DNA of 24,000 nucleotides from an uncultured Actinomycetota bacterium (lineage in GTDB: Bacteria > Actinomycetota > Actinomycetes > Mycobacteriales > Mycobacteriaceae), in NCBI GenBank assembly GCA_963787055.1, contig CAWBBP010000014.1:38737-62736 (forward strand). The letters run 5' to 3'. The notes beneath the pieces are model-generated. The model saw only the letters and a program-made list of their open reading frames with translations. It was not told the DNA's origin and made no database searches. The translations under genes and the position numbers were made by a program. Positions 1 to 8,463 of this stretch are shown here, one piece after another. How positions within the stretch are numbered: position 1 is the first letter of the stretch; each line of letters opens with the position of its first letter.

Positions 1-2504
1 TCGTCGTCGTCGTCTTCGTCGCCAGCGAGGATGCCGACCCGCTCCAGATCGGTCGGCACCCCTTGCACTGCCTCGTCGGAGAGTTCCTCGACGTCGGAGA
101 GCTCCTCGACACCCTCCTCGGCGTCCTCATCGTTCTTGGCGGCCATCGCCCGGAACATCGGATGCTCGCCAGCAGCGTGCTGAGGCACCCGGGCCACCGA
201 AGGCTCCTCGACGCGGGCCTTCTTTCCCCGCCGGTTGCGACGCCCACCCGGCTCGGACTTGCTCCGGCCGGCCGCCGCGGGCGCGTGCTCCACCGGGTCT
301 GCGTGCATCACGATGCCGCGGCCGCTGCAGTGCTGGCAGGTGGTGGAAAAAGCCTCGATGAGACCGGTTCCCAGCCGCTTGCGGGTCAGCTGCACCAGGC
401 CAAGCGAGGTCACCTCGGAGACCTGGTGGCGGGTGCGGTCGCGGGCCAGCGCCTCCGTCAGCCGGCGTAGCACCAGATCACGGTTGGACTCCAGCACCAT
501 GTCGATGAAGTCGATGACGATGATGCCGCCGATATCGCGCAACCGCAGTTGGCGGACGATCTCCTCGGCCGCTTCAAGGTTGTTCTTGGTGACGGTCTGC
601 TCGAGGTTGCCGCCGGCACCGGTGAACTTGCCGGTATTGACGTCCACGACGGTCATCGCCTCGGTCCGGTCGATCACCAGGGTTCCACCCGAGGGCAACC
701 ACACCTTTCGGTCCAGCGCCTTGGTCAACTGCTCGTCGATGCGGTGCACCGCGAACACGTCCGGCCCGCTTCCGCCCGGCGGATCGTATTTCGTCAGTTT
801 CGAAACCAGTTCGGGAGCAACGGAATTGACATACCCGTTGATGGTCTCCCAAGCATTGTCACCGGAAACGATCAGACCGGCGAAGTCCTCGTTGAACAGG
901 TCGCGGATCACCTTGACCAGAACGTCGGGCTCCTCGTAAAGCGCGACGGCGGCACCGGCCTTCTTCGCTTTGATCTCCTCGGCCTGCCCGACGATGGCAG
1001 CCCAGCGTTCCTGCAGACGGTCCACATCGGTGCGGATATCGGATTCCTTGACGCCCTCGGAAGCGGTTCGGATGATCACCCCGGCGTCGGCCGGAACCAC
1101 CTCGCGCAGAATGTCCTTGAGTCGCTGGCGTTCGGTGTCGGGAAGCTTGCGGCTGATACCGGTCGAGGAGGCTCCCGGGACGTATACGAGATAGCGTCCG
1201 GCCAGCGATAACTGCGTCGTGAGCCGGGCGCCCTTGTGGCCGACCGGGTCCTTGCTGACCTGGACCACGACGTAGTCACCGGGTTTGAGCGCCTGCTCGA
1301 TCTTGCGGTTGGACCCGCCGAGCCCGGCTGCCTCCCAGTTCACCTCGCCGGCGTAGAGCACACCATTGCGGCCGCGGCCGATGTCGACGAAGGCCGCCTC
1401 CATCGACGGCAGCACGTTCTGCACGATGCCGAGATAGATATTGCCGACCAGCGAGACCGAACCCGCCGAGGTCACGAAATGCTCGACGACGATGCCGTCC
1501 TCGAGGACCGCGATCTGGGTATAGAGGGCGCCCTCATGCGGCGGCTCGGTGCGGACCTTCTCGCGCACGACCATGACCCGGTCGACGGCCTCGCGGCGCG
1601 CCAGGAATTCGGCTTCGGTCAGGATCGGCGGCCGGCGACGGCCGGCGTCCCGGCCATCGCGGCGGCGCTGCCGCTTGGCTTCCAGCCGGGTGGAACCGCT
1701 GATGCCCTGGATCTCGTTGGACACCGACCGGGCAGCCTTCTCCCGCGGGGCCCGCTCGTGCACGACGGTGTTCGGGGGATCGTCGGGCGAGGGCGACTCC
1801 CCGTCGTCGGCACCGGATCCCGGCTTGCGGCGCCTGCGGCGGCGACGACGCCGGGTTCCGCCTTCAGCGGTCGCCGACTCGTCGTCGCCGGTTCCGGCTT
1901 CTTCGCCATCCCCGGCCTCGCCGTCCTCGGTCGCCTCGTCGTCCTCGCTGGCCTTCGGGATATCGGCTTCGTCGTCCGAGCCGCCCTGCTCGCCTCGGCC
2001 CCGGCCGCGGCCCCGACGGCCGCGGCGACGCCGGCGATTGGCCGGCCGGTCGTCGGCGTCGGAGTCCTCGGCATCCCCGGTGTCGCCGGCGCCGTCATCG
2101 TCGGAGTCCTCGACATCGTCGTCCCCGGACGGCGACCCCGTCGCCTTGGGCGGCAGGACGACGGGTTGCGGCGCGACAAAGAGCGGCATGTAGGCCGGTA
2201 CCTCGGTGACCACCGGCGTCTCGGGGGTCTCCAGGATGAGCCGGGACTCCGGTTCGGTCTCGGTCTCGGCGGCCAGCACCTCACGGACTCGGATCGCGTC
2301 AGCCTGGTCGACGCTGGATTGCGCGCTGCGGGTGCGGCCGTCGAGTTCGGTCAGCGCGTCCAGAACGCGTTTACTGGTGGTGCCCAGAACCCGGGCCAGG
2401 GTGTGCACCCTCAGCCGCTCGGGCAGTGTCTCCTCGACTGCCGGTGGCTCTTGCCAGGGCAACGGGTTTTCGGGCAGATCCTGGTTGACGTCATCGTCGG
2501 CCAC
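1..2504 (-). CDS. rne: ribonuclease E (RNase E/G family); C-terminus runs off the left window edge
   Basis: Absent from the ORF track because its stop lies outside the window. Reverse-strand spot translation (start region, 1820-1877, 1200-1259, 312-479, 3-59), in the frame of GTG 2504 (GAGGAG 7 nt upstream), shows no stop; the rest was read through less strictly. Reads VADDDVNQDLPENPL..LPERLRVHTLARVLGTTSKRVLDAL (Rv2444c-like N-terminus), an acidic/Arg-rich linker with R9K at 1824-1853, an S1-like GNIYLGIVQNVLPSMEAAFVDIG, core VSKDPVGHKGARLTTQLSLAGRYLVYVP..VIDFIDM, and Zn-link CQHCSGRG. Adjacent to ndk as in mycobacteria. Confidence 0.9.
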   Translation of the reverse strand, partial: MADDDVNQDLPENPLPWQEPPAVEETLPERLRVHTLARVLGTTSKRVLDALTELDGRTRSAQSSVDQADAIRVREVLAAETETEPESRLILETPETPVVTEVPAYMPLFVAPQPVVLPPKATGSPSGDDDVEDSDDDGAGDTGDAEDSDADDRPANRRRRRGRRGRGRGRGEQGGSDDEADIPKASEDDEATEDGEAGDGEEAGTGDDESATAEGGTRRRRRRRRRKPGSGADDGESPSPDDPPNTVVHERAPREKAARSVSNEIQGISGSTRLEAKRQRRRDGRDAGRRRPPILTEAEFLARREAVDRVMVVREKVRTEPPHEGALYTQIAVLEDGIVVEHFVTSAGSVSLVGNIYLGIVQNVLPSMEAAFVDIGRGRNGVLYAGEVNWEAAGLGGSNRKIEQALKPGDYVVVQVSKDPVGHKGARLTTQLSLAGRYLVYVPGASSTGISRKLPDTERQRLKDILREVVPADAGVIIRTASEGVKESDIRTDVDRLQERWAAIVGQAEEIKAKKAGAAVALYEEPDVLVKVIRDLFNEDFAGLIVSGDNAWETINGYVNSVAPELVSKLTKYDPPGGSGPDVFAVHRIDEQLTKALDRKVWLPSGGTLVIDRTEAMTVVDVNTGKFTGAGGNLEQTVTKNNLEAAEEIVRQLRLRDIGGIIVIDFIDMVLESNRDLVLRRLTEALARDRTRHQVSEVTSLGLVQLTRKRLGTGLIEAFSTTCQHCSGRGIVMHADPVEHAPAAAGRSKSEPGGRRNRRGKKARVEEPSVARVPQHAAGEHPMFRAMAAKNDEDAEEGVEELSDVEELSDEAVQGVPTDLERVGILAGDEDDDD

Positions 2505-2803
2505 GTAGTCTCCTCGAGCCCCCGGGCGCGTCCTTCGGACGCGGCCACGCGAGGGCTTGCGCTGTACGCCCGGGTGGGTACCCGAGCGTGTCTATGGTCT
2601 CGCTCCGACAGGTTCGGTAGAACCCGGTCAGTGCCTGGGCTGAATGACGGCCTTTGACGGTCCGCGCCGCATCGAACCCCGTTATGGCGGATCCGGTGGT
2701 CGCGCACGTCGTGTAAGTCTCATTCCCGGACGCCCGTTACCGGGCGCCAGGCATCAGTATCCCACACCCGCCGAGCGGTACCGACCCGCCATCCGTAACG
2801 GAG

Positions 2804-3214
2804 TCAGCGAGTCGGAAACCACAGCGCGATCTCGCGCGCGGCCGACTCCGGTGAATCAGACCCATGCACCAGGTTGAACTGGGTCTCGAGGCCGAAATCA
2901 CCCCGGATTGTGCCCGGGGTCGCCTTCTCGACGGGATCGGTGCCGCCCGCCAGCTGGCGCCACGCGGCGATGGCGCGCGGACCCTCGACCACGGCGGCGA
3001 TGACCGGGCCGGAGGTAATGAACTCCACCAGCGAGCCGAAGAACGGTTTGTCCTGGTGCTCCGCGTAGTGCGCGCGGGCCACCGCGTCCTCGACATGCTT
3101 GAGTTCCAGCGCGGCGATGGTCAGGCCCTTGCGCTCGATCCTGCTGATGATCTCACCGATCACCCGCCGCTCGACACCGTCGGGCTTGATCAGTACAAGA
3201 GTCTGCTCGGTCAC
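2804..3214 (-). CDS. ndk: nucleoside diphosphate kinase
   Basis: Inside track ORF 2804..3487. The real start is GTG at 3214, giving (M)[50 protein letters not shown], 136 aa, near-identical in pattern to mycobacterial NdkA. The upstream ORF extension has no similarity. Confidence 0.95.
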   Translation of the reverse strand: MTEQTLVLIKPDGVERRVIGEIISRIERKGLTIAALELKHVEDAVARAHYAEHQDKPFFGSLVEFITSGPVIAAVVEGPRAIAAWRQLAGGTDPVEKATPGTIRGDFGLETQFNLVHGSDSPESAAREIALWFPTR

Positions 3215-3231
3215 GCCGCAGAGCGTACCGG

Positions 3232-3624
3232 TCAGTCGGTCGGCGGGTGCTGGCCGGGTAACAGGCCCAACCGCTGGCGGCGCAGCATCTCGTTGCGGAG
3301 GTAGGCGATCACACCCCAGACCACGACGAACAACACCCCGATGAAACCGATGGCCGGGTAGATCAGGAAGCCGATCACCAACAGTCCCTGCACGCCGAGA
3401 TTCGCCCAGATGGCCCACGGCCGGCCCTGCATGCCGGCCAGCAGGCCGAGCAACACCGCGAAACCGATCAGGTAGGCCGTCGACCACGGCGTGAGACCGC
3501 CGCCCACCGTCGCGACCACCGGCAGGGCCAGCAACACCGTGATGATCTCCAGGATCAGCGTGCCGGCCATCACGCCCCGGAAACTCTTCCAGGGGTCCGG
3601 GGCCGACGGTGCAGGGGAGGTCAT
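3232..3624 (-). CDS. small integral membrane protein, DUF4233 / Rv2446c-like
   Basis: Last 130 aa of the artefactual 695-aa track ORF 3232..5319: [37 protein letters not shown].. with about 4 hydrophobic helices. ATG 3624 overlaps the folC stop (ATGA). It holds the conserved folC-x-ndk position. Confidence 0.8.
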   Translation of the reverse strand: MTSPAPSAPDPWKSFRGVMAGTLILEIITVLLALPVVATVGGGLTPWSTAYLIGFAVLLGLLAGMQGRPWAIWANLGVQGLLVIGFLIYPAIGFIGVLFVVVWGVIAYLRNEMLRRQRLGLLPGQHPPTD

Positions 3625-5036
3625 TGCGGATCCTTGCCGAAGAGGGTTCGCGCCGCGCCCGCCGTCACCACCGACCCGGTGATGATGATGCCCGCACCGG
3701 AGAACCCGTCGGCGTCGGCGGCCGCGTCCTCGACCAGCGCGGTCGCGGTCTCGATGGCGTCCGCCAGGGTCTCGGCGCGCAGTACCCGCTCCGGACCGAA
3801 CACCTCCTCGGCCCGCCACCCCAGTGCCTCGACATCCAGCGCCCGCGCTGACCCGTTGTGGGTGACCACGATCTGGTCGAGCACCGGTTCGAGCGCGGCC
3901 AGGATTCCGGCCACGTCCTTGTCTGCCATGACGCTGAGCACACCCACCAGATACCGGAAATCGAACTCCTCGGCCAGTGCGGTTGCCAGCACCTCGGCGC
4001 CGGCCGGGTTGTGGGCGGCGTCGATGAACACGGTAGGTGCGCTGCGCATCCGCTCCAGCCGACCCGGGCTGCTGACCGTGGCGAACCCGGCCCGCACCGT
4101 ATCGAGGTCGAGTTGGCGCTGCGCGCCGGCCCCGAAGAAGGCTTCGACCGCGGCCAGCGCCATCGCCGCGTTGTGAGCCTGGTGCTCGCCGTGCAGCGGC
4201 AGAAACACATTCGAGTACACACCTCCCAGGCCCTGCAGTTCGATCACCTGTCCCCCGATCGCGACCTGCCGGCTGCGCACCGCGAACTCGGATCCCTCGC
4301 GGGCGACCATCGCGGCCACCCGCACCGAATGCGCCAACAGCACGTCCATCGCCTCCTGCGACTGCCTGCCGATGACCGCGACGGTCTCCACCGGAACCGG
4401 CTCTCCCCGCGGGCCGCGGATCACCCCCGCCTTCTCGGCGGCGATCTCGCCGACGGTGGCGCCCAGGTACTCGGCGTGGTCCATGCCGATCGGGGTGATC
4501 ACCGCGATGGTGGCGTCCACCACGTTGGTGGCGTCCCAGCTTCCGCCCATCCCGGCTTCGACCACCGCGACATCGACCGGCGCATCGGCGAAAGCCGCGA
4601 ATGCCATCGCGGTGACGACCTCGAACTTGCTCATCACCGGGCCGGCCACGCCCAACTCGCCGGCCAGCGACTCGGTGTCCACCATCTGGACGAAGGGCTC
4701 GATCTCCCGGTAGGTCTCCACGTACCGGGCCGGGCTGATCGGCTGATTGTCGATGGCGATCCGCTCGATCGCCGACTGCAGATGCGGGCTGGTGGTACGT
4801 CCGGTGCGTTGGTTGAATGCGGTCAACAGCGCGTCGATCATCCGGGCCACCGACGTCTTGCCGTTGGTTCCGACGATGTGGATGCTCGGGTAGCTGTTCT
4901 GCGGTGAACCGAGCAGGTCCATCAGCGCGTCGATGCGAATTGTGCTGGGCTGCAGCTTGGTTTCCGGCCAGCGCTGGTCGAGGAGGTGCTCGACCTGGAG
5001 CAGCGCCGCAATCTCGTCGGGAGTCGGCTCGCTCAT
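3621..5036 (-). CDS. folC: bifunctional folylpolyglutamate synthase / dihydrofolate synthase
   Basis: 471-aa ORF with the Mur-ligase P-loop [14 protein letters not shown], then DHAEYLG and [14 protein letters not shown] motifs. Start ATG 5036 overlaps the valS stop (ATGA). Synteny with Rv2447c. Confidence 0.92.
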   Translation of the reverse strand: MSEPTPDEIAALLQVEHLLDQRWPETKLQPSTIRIDALMDLLGSPQNSYPSIHIVGTNGKTSVARMIDALLTAFNQRTGRTTSPHLQSAIERIAIDNQPISPARYVETYREIEPFVQMVDTESLAGELGVAGPVMSKFEVVTAMAFAAFADAPVDVAVVEAGMGGSWDATNVVDATIAVITPIGMDHAEYLGATVGEIAAEKAGVIRGPRGEPVPVETVAVIGRQSQEAMDVLLAHSVRVAAMVAREGSEFAVRSRQVAIGGQVIELQGLGGVYSNVFLPLHGEHQAHNAAMALAAVEAFFGAGAQRQLDLDTVRAGFATVSSPGRLERMRSAPTVFIDAAHNPAGAEVLATALAEEFDFRYLVGVLSVMADKDVAGILAALEPVLDQIVVTHNGSARALDVEALGWRAEEVFGPERVLRAETLADAIETATALVEDAAADADGFSGAGIIITGSVVTAGAARTLFGKDPQ

Positions 5037-7703
5037 GTGAGCGCGGCCAGCCGTGCGCCGATCCGGTCGGTTTCCTCGCGGGCCAGCTTCTGCCGGCTGC
5101 GGATCTTGTCGACGACATCGGCGGGCGCCTTGGCCAGGAAGGCCTGATTGCCGAGTTTGGCCGTGGTCTGGGCCAAATCCTTCTGGGCGGCGGCGAGGTC
5201 CTTCTCGAGCCGGCGTCGTTCGGCGGCGACATCAACGGTGCCGGAGGTGTCCAGGGCGACCTGAACGGTGCCGGCCGCCAGCCGTACCTCGACCTCGGCG
5301 GTGGGACGGAAGTCGGCACCCGGATCGGTCAGCCAGGCCAGCGCCGCCACCGCCGGGGCATGCGCGGCCAGTCCGGCCGGCTCGATACCCCCGAGGCGGG
5401 CCGGCACCTTCTGCCGGTCCGCCAGTCCCTGGTCACTGCGGAAGCGGCGGACCTCGGTGACCAGCTTCTGCAGATCGGCGATCCGTTGCGCCGCAGCAGG
5501 ATCCACCGTGACCCCGGAGGCGGTCGGCCAGTCCGCGACCACCAGCGACTCGGCCCCGGTCAGCGACTTCCACAGCACCTCAGTGACGAACGGCATCACC
5601 GGATGCAGCAGCTTGAGCAGGGTGTCGAGCACCGTCGCGAGAACCGCTGTGGTGTGCTCGGCGCCGCCGGCCAGTTGCACCTTGGCCAGTTCCAGATACC
5701 AATCGCAGAACTCGTCCCAGGCGAAGTGGTAGATGGCTTCGCAGGCCCGGCTGAACTCATAGCCGTCAAGGGCCGAATCGACTTCCGCGCGAACCTCCTC
5801 GGTCCGGCCCAGGATCCAGGTGTCGGCGTCGGTCAGCTCAGTGGTCGGCGGCAACGGAGCCGGGGCGGCGCCGTTGAGCAATGCGAACCGTGTCGCATTG
5901 AAGAGCTTGGTCGCGAAATTGCGCGATGCGCGGGCGTGGTCCTCACCGATGGACAGGTCGCCGCCCGGACTCGCGCCGCGGGCCAGGGTGAACCGCAGCG
6001 CGTCCGCGCCGTACAACTCCACCCAGTCCAGCGGGTCGATGCCGTTGCCCCGCGATTTACTCATCTTTCGGCCGTGTTCGTCGCGGATCAGGCCATGCAG
6101 GAAGACGTTACGGAAAGGAACCTGCGGACCCGACTTTTTTTGGGTGCCACCGCAGGTGACCGCGTCGTCATCGGCGACGAAGGTTCCGAACATCACCATC
6201 CGGGCCACCCAGAAGAACAAGATGTCATAGCCGGTCACCAGAACGCTGGTGGGATAGAACTTCTCCAGATCCGGGGTGCAGTCCGGCCAGCCCATGGTGG
6301 AGAACGGCCACAGCGCCGAGGAGAACCAGGTGTCCAGGACGTCGGGGTCCTGATCCCAGCCCTCGGGCGGAGTCTCGTCCGGGCCGAGGCATACCTGCTG
6401 CCCGTCGGGGCCGTGCCAGATGGGGATGCGGTGCCCCCACCACAGCTGGCGGGAGATGCACCAGTCGTGCATATCGTCGACCCAGTCGAACCAGCGCGGC
6501 TCCTGACTCTTGGGGTGAATGACGATGTCCCCGTTGCGAACCGCGTCACCGGCAGCCTTGGCCATCGAGGAGACGTTGACCCACCACTGCAGGCTCAACC
6601 TCGGCTCGATCGGCTCTCCGCTGCGCTCGGAATGCCCGACGCTGTGCAGGTAGGGACGCTTCTCGGCGACGATACGGCCCTGTTCGGCCAGCGCCTCGCG
6701 CACCTTGACCCTGGCCTCGAACCGGTCCATACCGTCGAATTGCGTTGCGGTTCCGGCGATCCGGCCACGGGTGTCCATGATCGACAGCATCGGCAGGCTG
6801 TGCCGCATCCCGATCTCGAAGTCGTTCGGATCATGGGCAGGGGTGACCTTGACAGCGCCGGTGCCGAATTCCGGATCGACGTGGGTGTCGGCCACGATGA
6901 CGATCCCGCGGTCCTGGAACGGATGGGGCAGCGAGCTGCCCACCAGGTGGCGGTACCGCTCGTCATCGGGGTGCACCGCGATGGCGGTATCGCCGAGCAT
7001 GGTCTCGATTCGGGTGGTCGCCACCACGATGTGCGGCTGCGCATCATCCATCGACCCATAGCGGAACGAGACCAGTTCGCCCTCAATTTCGGAGTATTTG
7101 ACCTCCAGATCGGAGATCGCGGTCTGCAGTACCGGCGACCAGTTGACCAGCCGTTCGGCCCGGTAGATCAGGCCGGCGTCGTAGAGGCGCTTGAAGATGG
7201 TGCGAACCGCGCGGGAGAGCCCCTCGTCCATGGTGAAGCGGTCCCGGCTCCAGTCGACCCCGTCACCGAGGCGGCGCATCTGTGCGCCGATGGTGCCGCC
7301 GGACTCGTGCTTCCAGTCCCACACCTTCTCGATGAACCGCTCGCGGCCGAGATGCTCGCGACTGCTCCCTTCGGCCGCCAAGCGCTTCTCCACCAGTGTC
7401 TGGGTGGCGATACCGGCGTGATCCATGCCGGGCAAGCCAGAGCACCTCGTAGCCCTGCATGCGCTTGCGCCGGGTGAGCGCGTCCATCAGGGTGTGGTCC
7501 AGTGCGTGACCCATGTGCAGGCTGCCGGTGACGTTCGGGGGCGGCAGCACGATCGAGTACGGCGGCTTGGCACTGCCTGCGTCGGCGGTGAAATAGCCCG
7601 CGTCCACCCACCCCTGGTAGATCTCGGTCTCTACCGCGCCGGGATCCCAGGACTTGGGAAGGGTCTCGGCGCGGGTATCGACGCGGGTCTCGTCAGAGGG
7701 CAC
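5033..7703 (-). pseudogene. valS: valine--tRNA ligase; reading frame broken by an apparent single-base insertion near 7433-7436 as sequenced (pieces 7437..7703 and 5033..7435)
   Basis: N-terminal piece from GTG 7703: ..[44 protein letters not shown], then nonsense to a stop at 7263. The continuation (L)[11 protein letters not shown].. through KMSKS ([10 protein letters not shown]) and the C-terminal coiled coil is in another frame from 7435 to 5033. Junction reads TGG CTT G CCC GGC ATG GAT. Confidence 0.85.
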
Positions 7704-7709
7704 TCCGCG

Positions 7710-7715
7710 ATTCTA
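7710..7715 (-). promoter_or_regulatory. candidate -10 hexamer TAGAAT for a leaderless valS transcript
   Basis: Minus strand reads TAGAAT CGCGGA GTG: a TANNNT hexamer, 6 nt, then the valS GTG at 7703. No Shine-Dalgarno sequence is present. Confidence 0.4.
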
Positions 7716-7753
7716 GGTGGGGCGCAGGTCGCCGTCCGACCTGCGCCCCTCCT
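7715..7753 (-). terminator. intrinsic-terminator-like hairpin after the DUF937-like gene (13-bp perfect GC-rich stem, 5-nt loop, no U-tract)
   Basis: ggggcgcaggtcg (7719-7731) / loop ccgtc / cgacctgcgcccc (7737-7749). Flanking agg/cct can extend the stem past one mismatch. It begins 13 nt after the stop at 7762. Confidence 0.55.
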
Positions 7754-7761
7754 GGAAGCGG

Positions 7762-8376
7762 TTACTTGCCGCCGCGCAGCAGGCCGCCGAGGATGTTGCC
7801 GATGGCACCACCCTGGCTGCCGCCCAGCACGCTGCCGAGAATGCTGCCCAGCGGGTTGTTCGCGGCGGCGCCGCCGCCACCACCGGCACCACCCAGGATG
7901 CTGCCGAGGATGTCACCGATTCCACCGGCAGGAGCTGCCTGAGCCTGGGCACCGGCGCCGGCCGAGTTCTTCTGGGCGAACTGCTTGCCGACGTAGGCGA
8001 GCACGATCGGGGCCAGCATCGGCAGCAGCCGCTTGATCAGGTCGCCGCCGCCCGCTCCGGCGCCCGCCAGCGCAGAGGCGACCTGGTTGGTGTCATTGCC
8101 GCCGAACAGGCTGGCCACGATCTGGTTGCCCTGACCTTCGTCGAGCTGGTCGACGTTGACACCCCCGGTGAGAAGATCGCTCTCACCCTCGGCAACGACG
8201 ACAGACTCCAGCTCAGTGGAATCGATATCGTCGGCCTGAACGTTTTCCTGAAGGCTGCCGAGCAGGGTAGGTACCAGGGTCTGGATCGCCTGAGTCACCT
8301 CGCTCTGGTCTGCGCCGAGCTTGCTGGCGATATCCGCCACCGGGATCTGATTGAAGAGGTCGTCGAGACCGGCCAT
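7762..8376 (-). CDS. DUF937-like protein with Gly-rich repeated C-terminus (function unknown)
   Basis: 204-aa ORF MAGLDDLFNQIPVADIASKLGADQSEV..DLIKRLLPMLAPIVLAYVGKQ.. ending in repeated ILGxxLGG units. ATG start at 8376. The family call is from memory of similar actinobacterial DUF937 proteins and is unverified. Confidence 0.7.
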   Translation of the reverse strand: MAGLDDLFNQIPVADIASKLGADQSEVTQAIQTLVPTLLGSLQENVQADDIDSTELESVVVAEGESDLLTGGVNVDQLDEGQGNQIVASLFGGNDTNQVASALAGAGAGGGDLIKRLLPMLAPIVLAYVGKQFAQKNSAGAGAQAQAAPAGGIGDILGSILGGAGGGGGAAANNPLGSILGSVLGGSQGGAIGNILGGLLRGGK

Positions 8377-8463
8377 GTTGAGGTTCCACTTTCTTGAGTT
8401 GCCAGCGAACGATTCGACAGTAGATCAGCGCTGGCCGGTAGCGCCATGATTACGCTCTGAGCG

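Noticed and set aside
2655-2700. tRNA-like T-loop sequence GGGGTTCGATG on the minus strand of the rne leader
   Set aside because: No complementary T-stem, acceptor stem or anticodon arm can be drawn around it.
3232-5319. 695-aa minus-strand ORF in the supplied track
   Set aside because: Only its last 130 codons (3232-3624, hydrophobic DUF4233-like) look real. The rest is an Arg/Pro/Gly-rich alternative frame of folC and valS, typical of high-GC DNA, and folC is clearly encoded in another frame over the same bases.
4817-7477. 886-aa plus-strand ORF antisense to valS, and similar long antisense or alternate-frame ORFs (1236-2657, 13091-14809, 17272-18690, 20748-21956, 11694-13013)
   Set aside because: Each lies opposite or out of frame to a gene with unmistakable family motifs. 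Their translations are low-complexity (R/G/P/A/D-rich) with no recognisable domains. Stop codons are rare in all frames at this GC content.
8377-8463. Hairpin gcgct-N7-agcgc (about 8430-8446) as terminator of the Rv2449c-like gene
   Set aside because: The stem is only 5 bp with no U-tract, too weak to call.
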